NCBI GenBank assembly: GCA_001949185.1
Contig: BDGG01000010.1
Location: 1,373,773-1,437,772, forward strand
Origin: Ramazzottius varieornatus
Taxonomy: Eukaryota > Animalia > Tardigrada
Reading direction: 5' to 3'
Length of the DNA stretch: 64,000 nt
The position numbers and the translations under genes are program-made. How positions within the stretch are numbered: the stretch's first letter is position 1; the number at the start of each line of letters is the position of its first letter. Below the pieces are notes generated by a model. That model worked only from the letters and a program-made list of their open reading frames with translations, did no database searches and was not told the DNA's origin. Shown here one piece after another: positions 1 through 13,088 of the stretch.

Positions 1-1086
1 AATTTGCCATGTTCAAACAAGGAGCAGTCGCACCACAAGGCGCAACATTATAACGCTGACGCGTAACACACAACATTAGCAATATCACGCCAAATGCTAC
101 CAGTAAAGCCCCTTCATCGCTTCCTCAGGAAATCTCTCCGGCTACGGTCGTCATCGCTCCTTTGAAATACGGGGAAGTCAACTGTCTGCATTTCGCAGAG
201 ACGCTTCCTTCAACACCGCCCAGTCTACGTCTATCCTCAACGAAACACCAACAAACAAGGCATAGAACATATAGTGTGCGGAACATACGTAAACCAATAA
301 ATATTTTTAAAAATATGATTATTAAATTTAATTTCCCAACCGCGCCTAAAATACAATTATTTTCGTCCCTGAATATTCTTACTTGTCTAATGAATGACCG
401 TCGTTTGGGCTGTTGTTAGCATAACGAGGGTCGTACAGGATGGTTTGATCTCTCTTCATCTCGACGACACATTTGGCCGATAAATGGAGCTCTGTAAACG
501 AAGAATAGAATTGTCAAGATAAGACAATGGCGTGGCTGGAATGCTTCGAACGCACAGCCAGGGACCGCTTCCAACGGCGTTGTCTCGTGAAGCAATTGTA
601 GTCAAATCAAGCGAAAACGAGCAATTCCAATTTATGGCCTCAGTAACTGTCAGTTGCGTCAACACTAGTTAGCCCTTTTTTCCTTCTCTCCAGAGCTACC
701 CACTTCGACAAGAACCACCGGAAATTGGTATGATTAGAGCTCGAAAAAAGACTTCACTTTTGATTTCAAGGATGAAAACCATTCTATATTGAACATTCGC
801 CATATACGTCACCCCAAATGATTTCGAAGCCTGGTTCTTCAGTCCATTCTGTGAAAAACTTTGGTGCTGTTGTGCTTCATTTCTATCTAGGTAATTGCTC
901 ATAATTCTTAAGTCATCATAGATGCGAAACTTTATACTTTGGTGCCTCACCTCGTGCATTAAGTGGCCGTACACGGACAGCCACTTTCACCTTGTCTCCC
1001 ATTTCAATCGACAGGTTGTGGCGCTTGTTAGTTCAAAAGGTATCGGTGTGCGTGCTTGAGGGCAAACGAGAAATCTGGTCCAATGG

Positions 1087-1330
1087 TTAATCCAGCAAAG
1101 CCCAATAACAGCTCATATTTCTAACAGTAATTCCCAATTTATCGGCTGATAATGGCCCGATACATGGCTTGGCAGGTGTACCGCGCTTGCTGCTGTAACA
1201 TTCCTTCACCTCCTGAAAAGTAAATATATGCCGTAAGGTTTGATGAGCTATAATTCGAGCGATGAGCAACCCTATATACTTTAAGCTGAACTCCGTCCCG
1301 GACAGACTTATCCCAACCCAATGTTGATAG
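1087..1330 (-). other. BEN-domain-like coding fragment (probably degenerate or transposon-associated)
   Basis: Translation LIARIIAHQTLRHIFTFQEVKECYSSKRGTPAKPCIGPLSADKLGI resembles the BEN pattern (aR.Ll..lFt.ee...s..G....kp.Ld..kl..I). No complete gene model could be built. Confidence 0.35.
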
Positions 1331-2843
1331 TTGATATACGTACCAGAGTAGAACAATCCAGTCTCTTGCTCCGATGCGGCTTCGATTTTGTTAATACATC
1401 GAAAAGACTGATTACAGCAGCCACCGCCACCAATCTCGATCCGTGATATAGACTGTAGAGAAGGAATGTAGTGCGCGACGGATATAAGCAAGGCAGCGTC
1501 AAGTTGCGAAACCGGCTTTTGGGCTGTACGTCCACCCAATCGACGAGAGAGCTAACAAAAGAGAGATGAGACCATTGGTTAAAAGCGGCGGATTTAAACG
1601 AGAGGAAGCATCTCCGCTTACCCATGAATCCGGGCAATGCGTGCAATATGTGCATGTAAGTACAGTAGTACGTACCGTGCTAATCCGATCTTCCCCACTT
1701 TTCAATTGTTGCTATATTGAAGGTCCGTATCCTGGATATCAAAAACCCTCCGACAAACTCCTGTTATTCCTTAGTCAACCACCTGTAAGAAACAGACACG
1801 GAAAAGTCAGAAAGCAAAAGATCGCGACGGCAGGTCGGGCAGGACATTAACAGACAATGAGACGTACGGCGCGTACCTCTTTTATGCCTGTGAAGGGCAA
1901 ACCCAGAGAAGCTTCTGATCCGACAACTGAGAGGAAGTCATCCGAAAAAATCGAGCATAATTATGAGCGTAGGACAAAATAGGAGACACGGATACTGGCT
2001 GATAGGGTGAACGATAGAGAACGGATGTTCGGTCCTTCAATCTCGGACAATAAACTTGGAAGAGATCGAAGGAAAACCAAAGCACTGACTGAACGCGGCA
2101 AAAGCTCGTAAATTTCAACAGCTGATCTCGCTTCATCAACGACGAAAAAATCTGCCCATTTTGGACCTGGATTCCGTTTTCCTCTGGTTGATCCATCCAC
2201 ATCGCGCAGTTCGCCGACGACACCACAGTGAATCAGCGTTTCCCCTGTGGATCGGTAGTCATCGTTTGTTGACCCATACGGTCAAGAATCGTGTACAGCT
2301 GTAAAGTTTTGATTGTGATTTGTGAATGACATTAGGGACTGTGCGCAAAATCAATCAACCGATCACATTTCGAACTCACACATAATCTCTCACATTTGAC
2401 CGAATCAACTCCGCCCTAAATCGACCTTTGTTGTGGTTTTGGTGACGAAAACGTGAGCATCTTGCTTTTCACGTGCGCAACTGCGATCATCCGTCACATT
2501 TTGTCATCTTACAGTCCGGATTTTCTGTTTTCTGATTAGTAAACTGATCTTCTGCTAGCCTTTGCCACCCTCCAACACCCAGACTCTGCAGAACTCCCAT
2601 CCATAAAAGAAAGCGGACTCACCCCGACCGCTACCAAGATGGTTACCGGAAAGACGGCGGCAGAAGAATGGGACGATAGCTCGTCGGTTGTCAGCTCAAC
2701 TGACACGAATGTTTCGCTTCCGCGGGTTCATCACCGCTTTGAGAGGCGAGTCAACCGTAAGTATCGCTTTCTTTTATTTGGATCTTCCTGCTAACAAAGG
2801 TGGGAACCATGCTTGTTGAAATATACGTTAAACGGAGAACAGA

Positions 2844-3518
2844 ATGCGCCGGAAGTCCGCGCTGGAAACTTGGATAACCAAGGTATCGTCAGCATCTGTT
2901 AGCAGACGTCCAGCCTGTATATTTGCTTGATTACAGAACATGTCGAAGGCCACAGCCCATCCACTTCTGCGCCGGAATACCGCCCTTCGGCTCAGAAAGC
3001 TAATCAAAGTAAGCGTTCGCTCAGCGAGCTTGATTGCCGATCACAGAACCGTACTTTCAACTGGTAACCGTAAACAAAATTCTAAACAGTCTGTGTTTTT
3101 TGTACTCACGCAGGATCACCTGTACCGTAAAAGCGCGTTTTGCTTCAACTGTGTGAAGTGGGGCCATCATCACAGCATGTGTGTTGAGCCACTCCGAGCT
3201 CGCCGTCCACCTATGCGAGACGCTGCGCTACGTGACGGGTTTCTGGCTTTCTTAGCCGACAAAGTAGTCAGAGATGCACGCATGCGTGTGGAGCACCAGC
3301 ACGAAGACCAGCGACGCGCGGAAGACCGCGCTGTTAAGGAAGCTCGTGTGATGAACGATCGAAGGAAGGAGAACGAAGCCAAGGCAGCTCGACGCCTCAA
3401 CGAAGACCGCGTTCGGCAGGATCAGCGTAACCGCGAGAACGAGTTAGCTGCGGCCAGTTATCGAGCTGAGAAGTCACTGTATTGCCGAGACTTCCAGCAA
3501 CGATTCTATCGTCGTTAA
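2844..3518 (+). CDS. Small CCHC zinc-knuckle protein with charged coiled-coil tail (5' end uncertain)
   Basis: Phase-0 GT-AG introns (~2883-2936, ~3009-3113) join MRRKSALETWITK|NMSKATAHPLLRRNTALRLRKLIK|DHLYRKSAFCFNCVKWGHHHSMC (CX2CX4HX4C), followed by an R/E-rich helix. Confidence 0.5.
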
Positions 3519-4121
3519 GATAGTGAGGGCACTCAGCCTGATAGCTCTACTTCACGTTGCAGTCTTTGTAACGTGAAGTCTGTCTTATGGTTTTTCACAG
3601 GTACATTTGGACAAGCGAGGTTGTGCCTTCGTCGAATAATACTAAGAGCATCGTTTACTTTTTTTGGTTTCCTGTTAGTTTTCGATGGTCTCACGCTGTA
3701 ATCTCAGTAGTGAACCATATCTCGTCTTTTTTCCCGTTCTAGTTCAATACGGCGTCTTTGAAGTGACTGCAGTTGTCGCTGAACGGTTTCCTGTCCAAGC
3801 TTCCTTTAACGCCCTTTACTGCCGCCCTTTTCATCTTTCGAGCTCGCAGAACACCGCACCCTGTTCTTTTTAGCAATCAGCTGAAGTCATTCCGTTGGTG
3901 GATTCGATTGAACCTACATGCTTCGAACCTCCATAGCTCTAATGCAGAATAGAATTCTTGGAATAGAAAAACCAGCATGAGCCCCTCAAAGAACGGTGTC
4001 TTTTCTCCGACTTCCGGTTGCCGTTGTTTCAACCAATCAATATCGTTTTACGTCCAACTGAAAGCTCCCCCACTTACTGAGTTCACAGATAGCTTGTTGT
4101 GCCTTCTGTCGAAAGCGGTTA

Positions 4122-4665
4122 TGTCGTCTCAAAAGACATCAGAGGGAGCAATACAGCGGACACTCACGGAAACACGTCATGAATTTTCAAAGTATATGCA
4201 GTCCAGATGGTATAATCGCGAATATGTATGGTTCCTGTGCCGGTCGCCGTCATGACGGTTTCATGTTAGGAGGAAGCAACATGCGCGAGCGACTGAGCCA
4301 CCTCAGCGAAAAGTGGGGAAGGTAAATGTCTCTTCGGCGACAAGGGATACTCTCTCAGTGAAGAGATTCGAGTTTCCTACAAAGGCTGCCACCTGACAGA
4401 AGAACAGACAGTTTTCAACAAAACAATGTCGCAGATGAGAGTGACTGTAGAGTACGGTTTTATGGCGATAGCACGTGATTTTGCATTCGGAAATTATGAA
4501 AAAAATCAGAAAATATACTGGCAGCAGGTAGCCAAAACATGTTTAGTGACCGCCGTTCTGACTAACTGTATGACATGCATGCACGGCTTTCCTCTTGTCC
4601 GGAAAAAATTTGGCGTCGACCCTCCGCCTCTTGAAATATACTCAGGTTTTGTAGAAGAAACTTAA
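4122..4665 (+). pseudogene. Harbinger/HARBI1-like DDE transposase C-terminal remnant
   Basis: CRLKRHQREQYSGHSRKHVMNFQSICSPDGIIANMYGSCAGRRHD, a frameshift near 4320, then LFGDKGY...FNKTMSQMRVTVEYGF...LTNCMTCMHG...FGVDPPPLEIY. All are hallmark Harbinger nuclease motifs. Confidence 0.85.
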
Positions 4666-4790
4666 CTTGGTTTCCCGGCAGTAAAAAATCGAAATGTATT
4701 CGCAAAAACAGCAACCGCTTTTCGTTTCCCTTTAGTTAAGCTTGGTCCACCGGCTTTCTACCACCGTGGATTATTTCTTTGCGTAGTTAA

Positions 4791-6655
4791 TTATACGTTT
4801 CGCAGAGTCGTAATAGTTTGAAATCGAATCTGGCGATATTCCGCACGTTCTTTAACTTCGGTCAGTCGGATTTCTTTCTCGATTTCCAGCTGTTTGTCTT
4901 TGAGCTCCTGTTCTTTCGCGAACCTCTCTTGCTGCCACTCACGATCGTTCTTGCGTTCTTCCATATCGATCTGTCTTTTGATTTTGTCCAAGTCATGTAT
5001 GGCCTCGATTTGGCTAGCAGTGGTGTTGTATGTCTGGAGGAGATCCGCGGCGCGAATTCGGCGAGTGGTTATCGAAGGAAGGGCTGACGAACTGGCGTCA
5101 TTCACTTTGATGAATATCTTGCCGAGAACAGAGCAGCAAACTAAGGGCTGCGCCGGAAGTCCAAAGGCTTAAAAGAACTAGAAAGCTTCAAAGGACTAGA
5201 AAGTTTTGCTGTATAATGAGAACGTTGCTGCGCGGATCAACCGTTTCGAACGAATTGCAGTAAATCGAATCCGTTCAGAAACACAGATTTTCTCTTAGTT
5301 GAGGTGAAAACTGTTGAAGGTGAAAACATCAAAACAGGTGAAAACATCAAAATATTTTATAAAGTGAATTTCGCTGGTCGACCTTCGGGAAACTGTTGTT
5401 CTTCTGCCGTTCCGTCTTTCACCAGAGCTTTCCGACACGCTCTGGCTATCGCAGCTTTTTTGGCTGCTTTGCTGGTTTCTGTAGCAGACGTAGCTGTTTC
5501 ATCCGTTGCAGATATGTGCAGTATCTCACTTTCGGAAAGGGTTACCTGTGCCTTCCGGCAAGAACTTGGCCTTGCCTCTGACGGGCTGTGATAAAACTTC
5601 CACTGAAAGGAGAAAGAACGGTTAAGCGCGGACGACTGTTGCAGGGTTGTTGACTTGTAGTAAAAGAATCTTACTCAACTTAGCTCGGACATCCTGTGCG
5701 TGTTCTTCAGCTCCATCTGAGGTATCTTTGTCGCCGACAGAATACAGTGGCGCTGTTGCCTTGTTGCCTGTGCTCATCCCACGAATCAGACTTCATTGCG
5801 CCGGGGCTTCTTTGATCGGCCTTGGGTACAGCCGAAGGCTGATTATCTTTCTTCTCGCAAGGGACTGAATCACTTGGTCGACTATATTGACGGGATCCTC
5901 CTCATTGCCAAATTCTCGTGGGCGCTTTTGATGCTTCTCCTTGACTTCTTTCACGTTTTGATCAACAAGAACCCGAAGACTGTGCGAAGCATCGGCGTCC
6001 TTCTTCTTCTGTGCCTTGATTTCTTTCTCAGTTTCCGGCACGAGTTCTGGTTCTGTAGGCTGATAAGTGTTTTCTAAGGAATGGCGTGGAGCTACCAGCC
6101 ACGCGAGAGTACACTCTTTTCCGGGAGGACGCTGTTAGGGATTGATATTATCCACGGCCAGCAGTCTCTCATACGTTTCGTCTTCGCAGGTTAACTTCGG
6201 ACGAGGCGCAGCAGTGTCGCTGTCCATTTCGTTCCTCGACCGTCTTTTCGGCTTCGGAATCTCTGTCACGTCGCTGTCGACCTGCGTCCGAAGTCCATGG
6301 TTTGGAACCGCGTACTCTTTTCCTGTTGTTGATCTCTCCCTGTTAACTAGAGCAGCTGAAGACGACGCTGATGTGGGAGAAACTGATGGTGCGTCATGCA
6401 CTTGCGCCGGACGTCCGCGCGTTACAGACGGCCTGCTGCTAGTGCCAGATTGCCTGGGAGAGTCATAGATAATTGTCCAGGTGAAGAGAGCAGCGTTACT
6501 GCGGGAGTGCTGGAGGTAATTTCGGAGCTGACAACATCGGATAAGTCTGCATCAGCCGACTCACGAGAAAGCGCTGCTTCCCACAGGAAATCGAGTCCGT
6601 TCCTTCCATCATCCGCCATTCCTGGCCAAAACGCACGAGCACAGAATTTTTCCAC
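4791..6655 (-). pseudogene. Harbinger accessory Myb/SANT-like DNA-binding ORF, disrupted
   Basis: ORFs 6135-6401 and 5793-6041 share a frame and are split by one TAA (ERLLAVDNINP*QRPPGKECTLAW...FGNEED). There is a frameshift near 6470 and a charged coiled-coil C-terminus at 4791-5105. Confidence 0.55.
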
Positions 6656-7170
6656 TATAGAAGCACCGACAGATCAAGGATTGAAAAGGCGGCCTTCTTC
6701 TTGCTATGGTCATACCGGTATTTGAATCAAACTACATGTCAAAACTTGGGCACTTCCGTTGCGTGTTAATTCCCGATGTTGCCGTTCCAACGACCGGAGT
6801 CAGCGGAAATTCAAAACGATGTGCGGGGTGGAAATTTCCGTTCGTCGTTCTTACATTTCATCGGCGAGTTTGTGAGCCATTAGCTGCTCATATGACGGCT
6901 GACGGCTCACATTTGGCCTTCGCCCAATACCGAAGTCGGGGTGGAGTCGGTCCGGACCAAATGTGAGAGTCGTAATGTGAGAGGGCAAATGTGAGCGGTT
7001 GATTGATTTTGCGCACGCAGTCTAATGTTCCTCTCATCCTCTGTCTGTCTTTCTGTTTTGTAAAAATCGCGCCGAATTTTCGTTCAGCTATTGACCTTCC
7101 CATCGTATTTAGCTCTTCCCGTTTCGGACGTTTTAAAGGAACTACTTCTGCAGTTGATGAACGTTCCAGG

Positions 7171-10100
7171 ATGCCACCGAAGAAAGCAGGAGCAACGACG
7201 CCGAGCAGTGGGCAGCGACCGATAACGGCGTTCTTCTCCAAAGCGCCATCGACTCCAGCTACCCCGAAGCAGTCGACGGGGAAGGAGCTAGCTCGAGACG
7301 ACGACGATGATTTCAGCATCGATTTCGCAATGGATGAAGAGAAGCCAGCGGCAGTCAAACCAACCGTGAACTTGCTCCAGAAGCCGACCTCGACTCCACA
7401 AAGCCAGTCGCTGGCAGTGCCGTCCTCTAGTTCAGCGAAGAGTACCAAACCGGAGGAGAACAAACTGCCAAAGAAAGGTGGGTCGTCTTCTAGCGTGCAT
7501 ACTTTCTTGACGCCGTACTCTGGTTCCGCTTTCCCAGTAGGACCAGCGCACAATGGTGCGAAGAGGATCAAGCGAGAGATACTAGATAGTCCAGAAGATG
7601 CTCCAGGTATGTTATAATGAGCCTTCCAAATTTATGACCATTTCAGGTAAACAATTCGAAAGGCAGTTTCTTCGTCTACAGCTGATTCTGACAGAGATCT
7701 AGATTTCAAGGAGGATGAAGAAACACCGTCGGATGACGATGAAGAAGAGCTTGCTGATGATATTTCGATCGAGGAAGATCGGTCGGAAACAGAAGAAAGC
7801 GATGGATTTGCGGTAGGTACTGTAATTGTCGTTTTACGCAGCACTTGCAGCAAGCTACTTGGAAAGTATTCATAATGAGTTTTTATGTTGTTCTGCAGAC
7901 TCCGAAGAAACGTAAGTTGACCACGCAGGGCTCGAAATGTTTGAAGGTAGCTGTGACAACTCCTGTCGGTCGATCTCACGCTACTTCCGGCAAGAAAAGC
8001 AAGCCTTCAGCAACTGCTTCGAAAGTGAATCAGAAGAAGCCAAAAGTTGCTTCAAACGACGATGCGGAGGATGCTGACAACAACGATGAAGGTACGTGAT
8101 ACTGAAGCGGGCAACTATTCTGGGATTTTTTACGGTTTCAGTTTTTATGTAGATAATCGAGAAGCCGCCGAGGAAGATGATGTTGCAGCCAAGCATACCC
8201 ACGAATCCTTCTCGTGGTTGCATCCGGACAAGATAAGGTAGCCGTGGAACTGATACTGGTAGAGCGCTTGTGCTATTGAGTTGGGTTCGTATAGGGACAA
8301 GTCTGGTGTTCTTCACAAGGACCTGATTGTCCAAGGTCTGACTCCACGAACTCTAATGGTGCCGAAGGATCTCAAGTGTACACCTGCTCTGGAACAGTGG
8401 TGGAAGTTGAAAGCGGACAATTTCGACTGTATTCTCTTTTTCAAGGTATAGTCTTGAAACGTGAAAGTCTTTCCCTGTTTTGCCTTTTGCCACACACTGA
8501 CATGTGAATCTAAATCATTGCAGCTGGGGAAGTTCTACGAGATGTACCACATGGACGCGGACGTCGGTGTCTCCGAGCTTAATCTTGTCTACATGAAGGT
8601 CTCTATGATTACGCATGCTCGAAATAACCTTAGTCGGGATGTGACTTTGCCGATATTCAATTGTTTATTTTGAAGGGCGATCATGCCCATTGTGGGTTTC
8701 CCGAAGGTGCCTTCTCCAACTATGCTAACAAGCTGGTGCAGAAGGGATATAAGGTTATTCGTGTCGAACAAACGATGTCAGCAGCGCAGTTCAAGCAAAA
8801 GAAAGGTACGTAAGTTAATTAGCTCTAACCAACGGCAAGCTCTTCCCTATATCAAAAAGCTCTTCACAGGAAAGGAAAAAGCTTTCCCTCGAGAAATCAT
8901 CCGAACACTAACGCCGGGAACTCGGAGCGTCAGTACTCTGGAGTGCGAAACAGAAAGACCGATCCACTCACACACCTCGGAATCCTCATGTCTTATGACC
9001 ATTTGCGAGAAGGTCAGTACGACTGCAGGAAGCTTGAATTTCTCTGATTTTATACTCCGGTTGAGCAGCTGATTTAATCGCGACGTCGTCTGTTGTAGGT
9101 TCACATGCTGAGTGATGGCAACGAGGAATACGAGTATGGCGTATGCGTACTGTATCCCGGTCCGGGACAGTTTGTGGTAAGTTATAAACACTTTTCCACC
9201 AGGAAAGCTTTAATTGTTAGTCTTATTTTGGTTGTCAGGTTGGGCAGTTCAAAGAAGACCGTCATCATTCGCGTTTGCGGACTTTGCTTGCTCACCATCC
9301 CCCGAATGAGGTATCGCACTACTACCTAATTAGCACCAGATTCTCGGTGCGGCACTAAAAAATCGACAGCCACTGTATCTGTGTCTTGATTCTTTTAAGA
9401 ACGTTTCTTGGGATTTTAGATTGTTCTTGAGCGCGGACGTGTGTCAGCGAAGCTCACTGATCTTCTGCGAAGTAACACGGAAAATATTCGCAAGGAACTA
9501 CTGCTGCCACTGGTCGAGTTCCTGGATGCGAAGTCTGCGGTCAAGATGCTTCTGGAGCGGGAGTACTTCGGCCCAGTCTTACAGACGGACTGGCCGCAGT
9601 GTCTCAGCCATATGCTGCAGTTGGGAGGAACACTGCCTGCGGCCAAGCCAGAGTTCGAGCTGGCGATCCGCGCATTGGGTGGATGCGCCTGGTAAGTAGG
9701 CCAGCATCCTGTGGTAGGCTGTTTAAGATCTGTAACTTACGGTATTTATCACTCGTTACTACGCAGGTATCTGAAACGGTGTGAAGTCGACTTTGATCTG
9801 ATATCACTCAAGAACTTCGAGCTCTACGATCCTTTGGAAACACGGAATGGGCCCTTGGCCGCAGTAAAACACATGGTATGGAGTTAACTTCTTATTCTTT
9901 AAGTATCTCGACGTGATACTGCCTTTGGCAATGTACTGTGCGATACGAACTGCGTAGTGCGTACACGTATACGGTACCTGATGTCTTGCTTCCAGATCTT
10001 GGATGGTACTACGTTGATCAATCTTGACATTGTTCCGAACAAAAACGGAGATCCCGACGCTTGTCTGTTGCGCAAAATTAACCGGTGCAAAACCAAGTTC

Positions 10101-12680
10101 GGTAAGCCGGAATACTCAGTACAGAGCTCGAGAATTTTCGCTTGGGAAGACTCATGGTACTTTTTATAAACCGAGGGGTTTCTGATTGTAGGTGTCCGCC
10201 TTTTGAAGGAATGGGTGGTCAGTCCGTTGTGTCGTATTGCTGACATTGTGGATCGTCAGGAAGCCTTGGCCGACTTGGCGTCGTTCAGAGTCGAGAACGA
10301 TAAAGTGTTCAACTCCACGCTTCAAACTCTGAAGTCTCTTCCCGATCTTGAACGTTTACTCAGCAAGTAAGTCATAGCAGCTGGTTTGGATACAGTATGG
10401 TGCTGCTGTGTTGCACTTGACCACGTTTTGTCTATAGAGTCCACATCGTCGGTTCCGCGAAAAGAAAGCAGATCCACCCGGAAACCAGAGCCAGTATGTT
10501 CGACGAGAAAATCTATGGAAAAAGAAAGATCAAAGACTTCTTAGCCACCATCGCTGGTTTTGAGCGTATAATGTCGCTCGTTCGTGATCTCAGCCGATGT
10601 CTTTCGTTCTCCAAGTACATTTTTCTCTCTAAGGAAATAAGTCCAGCGCGGCCTGAAATGTGAGGTTTACCGTATGCTGTGGCAGGTCTGAGTCTCTGCG
10701 GAAAATTGTGACGATAACGGATCTCAGCGAGAAAGTCGAAGGAACTTTTCCGAACTTGCAGACTGTGCTCGATCGGTTCAAGGTATGTAACTTCCGCTGA
10801 GCACACCGATGCGCCTTTTACGAACTATTTTTCAGCCGTAGTGTCACTTTTGTAGAAAGCATTCGATCCAAGGCAAGCTGAGGAGGATGGTAAGATAGAG
10901 CCGAAGAAGGGCATCGATGAGGTCTACGAAGCTGCCGTACGGGAAGAGAATGAAATGAAAGAACGGCTGGACCAACATCGGGCCGAGATGGAGAAGAAGT
11001 TCAAGTGCCAGGTTCGTGGTCCATTTTAAATGTTTCGGACACTCGGTTCGACCTTGCACGTATCAATGCAATATGGCTTGGTGTTGTGCGTAGATTAGTT
11101 TCTTTCACCAAGCGAGGAACCGGTATCAGATGGAAGTGCCGCTCTCTGCCTGCCAGAAAATGCCAGAGGATTTTGAGCTCAAGTCTACCAAGAAAGGCTT
11201 TCAGCGCTACTGGAGTAAGAAGAGTCCGGTTCTTCTTGAACAGCTAGTTCGCGCCGAAGAGAAACGAGAAGCTGCCGAGAAGGATGCTACACGACGTGTC
11301 TTCGAGCTATTCGACCAGCAGTAAGTACTTACTTTGGTCAACAATTATTTCTGGTCGTGATCATGTGTATTTTTTGCAGTTACTCGGAGTGGATACAAGC
11401 GGTGAGGTGTATGGCTGCTCTAGACGTTCTCCTTTGTCTGGAAGAGTATTCGCACAACCTGCCACAGAGCTGCAGACCTACCTTCAGAGAAGTTTCCGAG
11501 GGACAGAAAGCCTTTATGACTATTCGGGATGGCCGACATCCTCTCGTTGTCACAACCTTTTCCGGCGGTGACTTCATCCCGAATGACACCTACATCGGAA
11601 CAGGCGAAGTAAGTTGCATACTGTAGGCTGCCCTGACGTTGAAGAACCCAAAATGTAATGTTATGTATTGCAGCCTGACGATCCTTCGTATAGCGGTTCC
11701 CTCACTCTCGTCACTGGACCAAATATGGGAGGAAAGAGTACGTTGATGCGTCAAGTCGGCCTGATTGCTGTACTGGCTCAGCTGGTACGTTTTTCCCTAA
11801 GGATGTCCTCGTGTTTGGTTGAAGGTCTCGTAACACATGCCGTTTTGTTCTTGCAGGGCTCGAATGTTCCAGCGTCTTTCTGTGAAATGACGCCCGTCGA
11901 TCGGATATTTACTCGAATCGGGGCCTCTGACAACCTCCTAGCAGGTAAGAGCTCCCTTAATGCGCTTTTTTTATCGTCATAGTTCGCAGCTAAAACTTTC
12001 TGCTTAGGAGAAAGTACTTTCTACGTGGAACTCAGCGAGACCTCCAGTATTCTTCAGCACGCTACGAGCAACTCACTGGTGCTCATCGACGAGCTTGGAC
12101 GAGGTACCGCCACGTTTGACGGAACTGCCATTGCCGCCGCTGTGTTGAAAGATTTGGTGGACCGAATTAACTGTCGAACCTTGTTCTCCACTCACTGTAA
12201 GCTGACGACATTCCCTGCTAGATATATCGTTCCTTGAGGTCTAGCGATAACTTTTTGCAGATCATTCCTTGGTGGATAGATTCTCTGGTCATCCGAACAT
12301 CAAACTCGGACACTTGGTAGGCTTTCGCCTTCAACTGGGCGATATTTAAGTGGCTGTTTACGTAGAGGTTGAGTGAGTGGCTGTTTTTCAAAGGCTTGTT
12401 TGGTCGAAAACGAGAATGATGAAGATCCCACCAAAGAGTCGATAACGTTCCTGTATAAGTTCATTCGTGGAGACTGCCCCAAGAGCTACGGATTCAACGC
12501 GGCGAAGTTAGCTGGGCTGTCAGATACGGTACAGCTCTTGTATTTTGGATGAACGTGCTTGTTTGGTGTTCTCTTTTGAAACAGATTGTTTGTTTCTGTT
12601 GACAGATTGTCAAACGAGCCCACGAATTAGCAGCCAGAATGGAGCGTCTCATGAGTCTCGGTAAGCAGAACGAAGCTTAA
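7171..12680 (+). CDS. MSH6: DNA mismatch repair protein MSH6 (multi-exon)
   Basis: N-terminal PIP box QRPITAFF; mismatch-binding [29 protein letters not shown]...HCGFPE; Walker [15 protein letters not shown]; [11 protein letters not shown]; DELGRGTAT; [18 protein letters not shown] 7171, TAA 12678-12680. Confidence 0.96.
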
Positions 12681-13088
12681 CTCTACCAAGCACTCGACCT
12701 CTCAGCAGTTTAGTTGCTTGAGAGCTCTTGCTGACTTTCGTTTGAAATCTTTCCTTGGAGTGCTTTTGGTCTAGAGTTTTAGAGGGGAAGTGATTTCTGT
12801 TTTACCAAAGATGTAACGCCATACTTGTTAACTGTATTTTGACAAATCGTTCGGCTTTTTGCTGAAGACGAAGCGTGAAATGATTTACCGTATTATATCC
12901 GTCAGCCGAAAAACCAAACTAAAAGCAAAAAGTACAAAAGCTACTCTGAAACATCTTTTGAACGAAGAATAATGAAAAATTTAGGTGGGTTGACTTGATG
13001 ACTAGGAACCACATCTCGCAACAGCAAAAATAGGGAACCGGCAGTAAATTGGAATCCGACCAAGAGAGCTTCGAAGTTCGGACTCCTG

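Larger units (their letters stand above)
4122..6655. mobile_element. Decayed PIF/Harbinger DNA transposon (transposase plus convergent Myb/SANT-like ORF)
   Basis: DDE_Tnp_4 motifs on the + strand and a disrupted Myb-like/coiled-coil ORF on the - strand, arranged tail-to-tail. TIRs not identified. Confidence 0.75.

Noticed and set aside
5323-5353. AGGTGAAAAC(ATCAAAA) repeated three times
   Set aside because: Short local slippage duplication inside the decayed transposon; not CRISPR-like and no evidence of function.
6888-7571. Long antisense or alternative-frame ORFs (also 31866-32852, 28729-29118, 53945-54421)
   Set aside because: They are shadows of real low-complexity coding exons.
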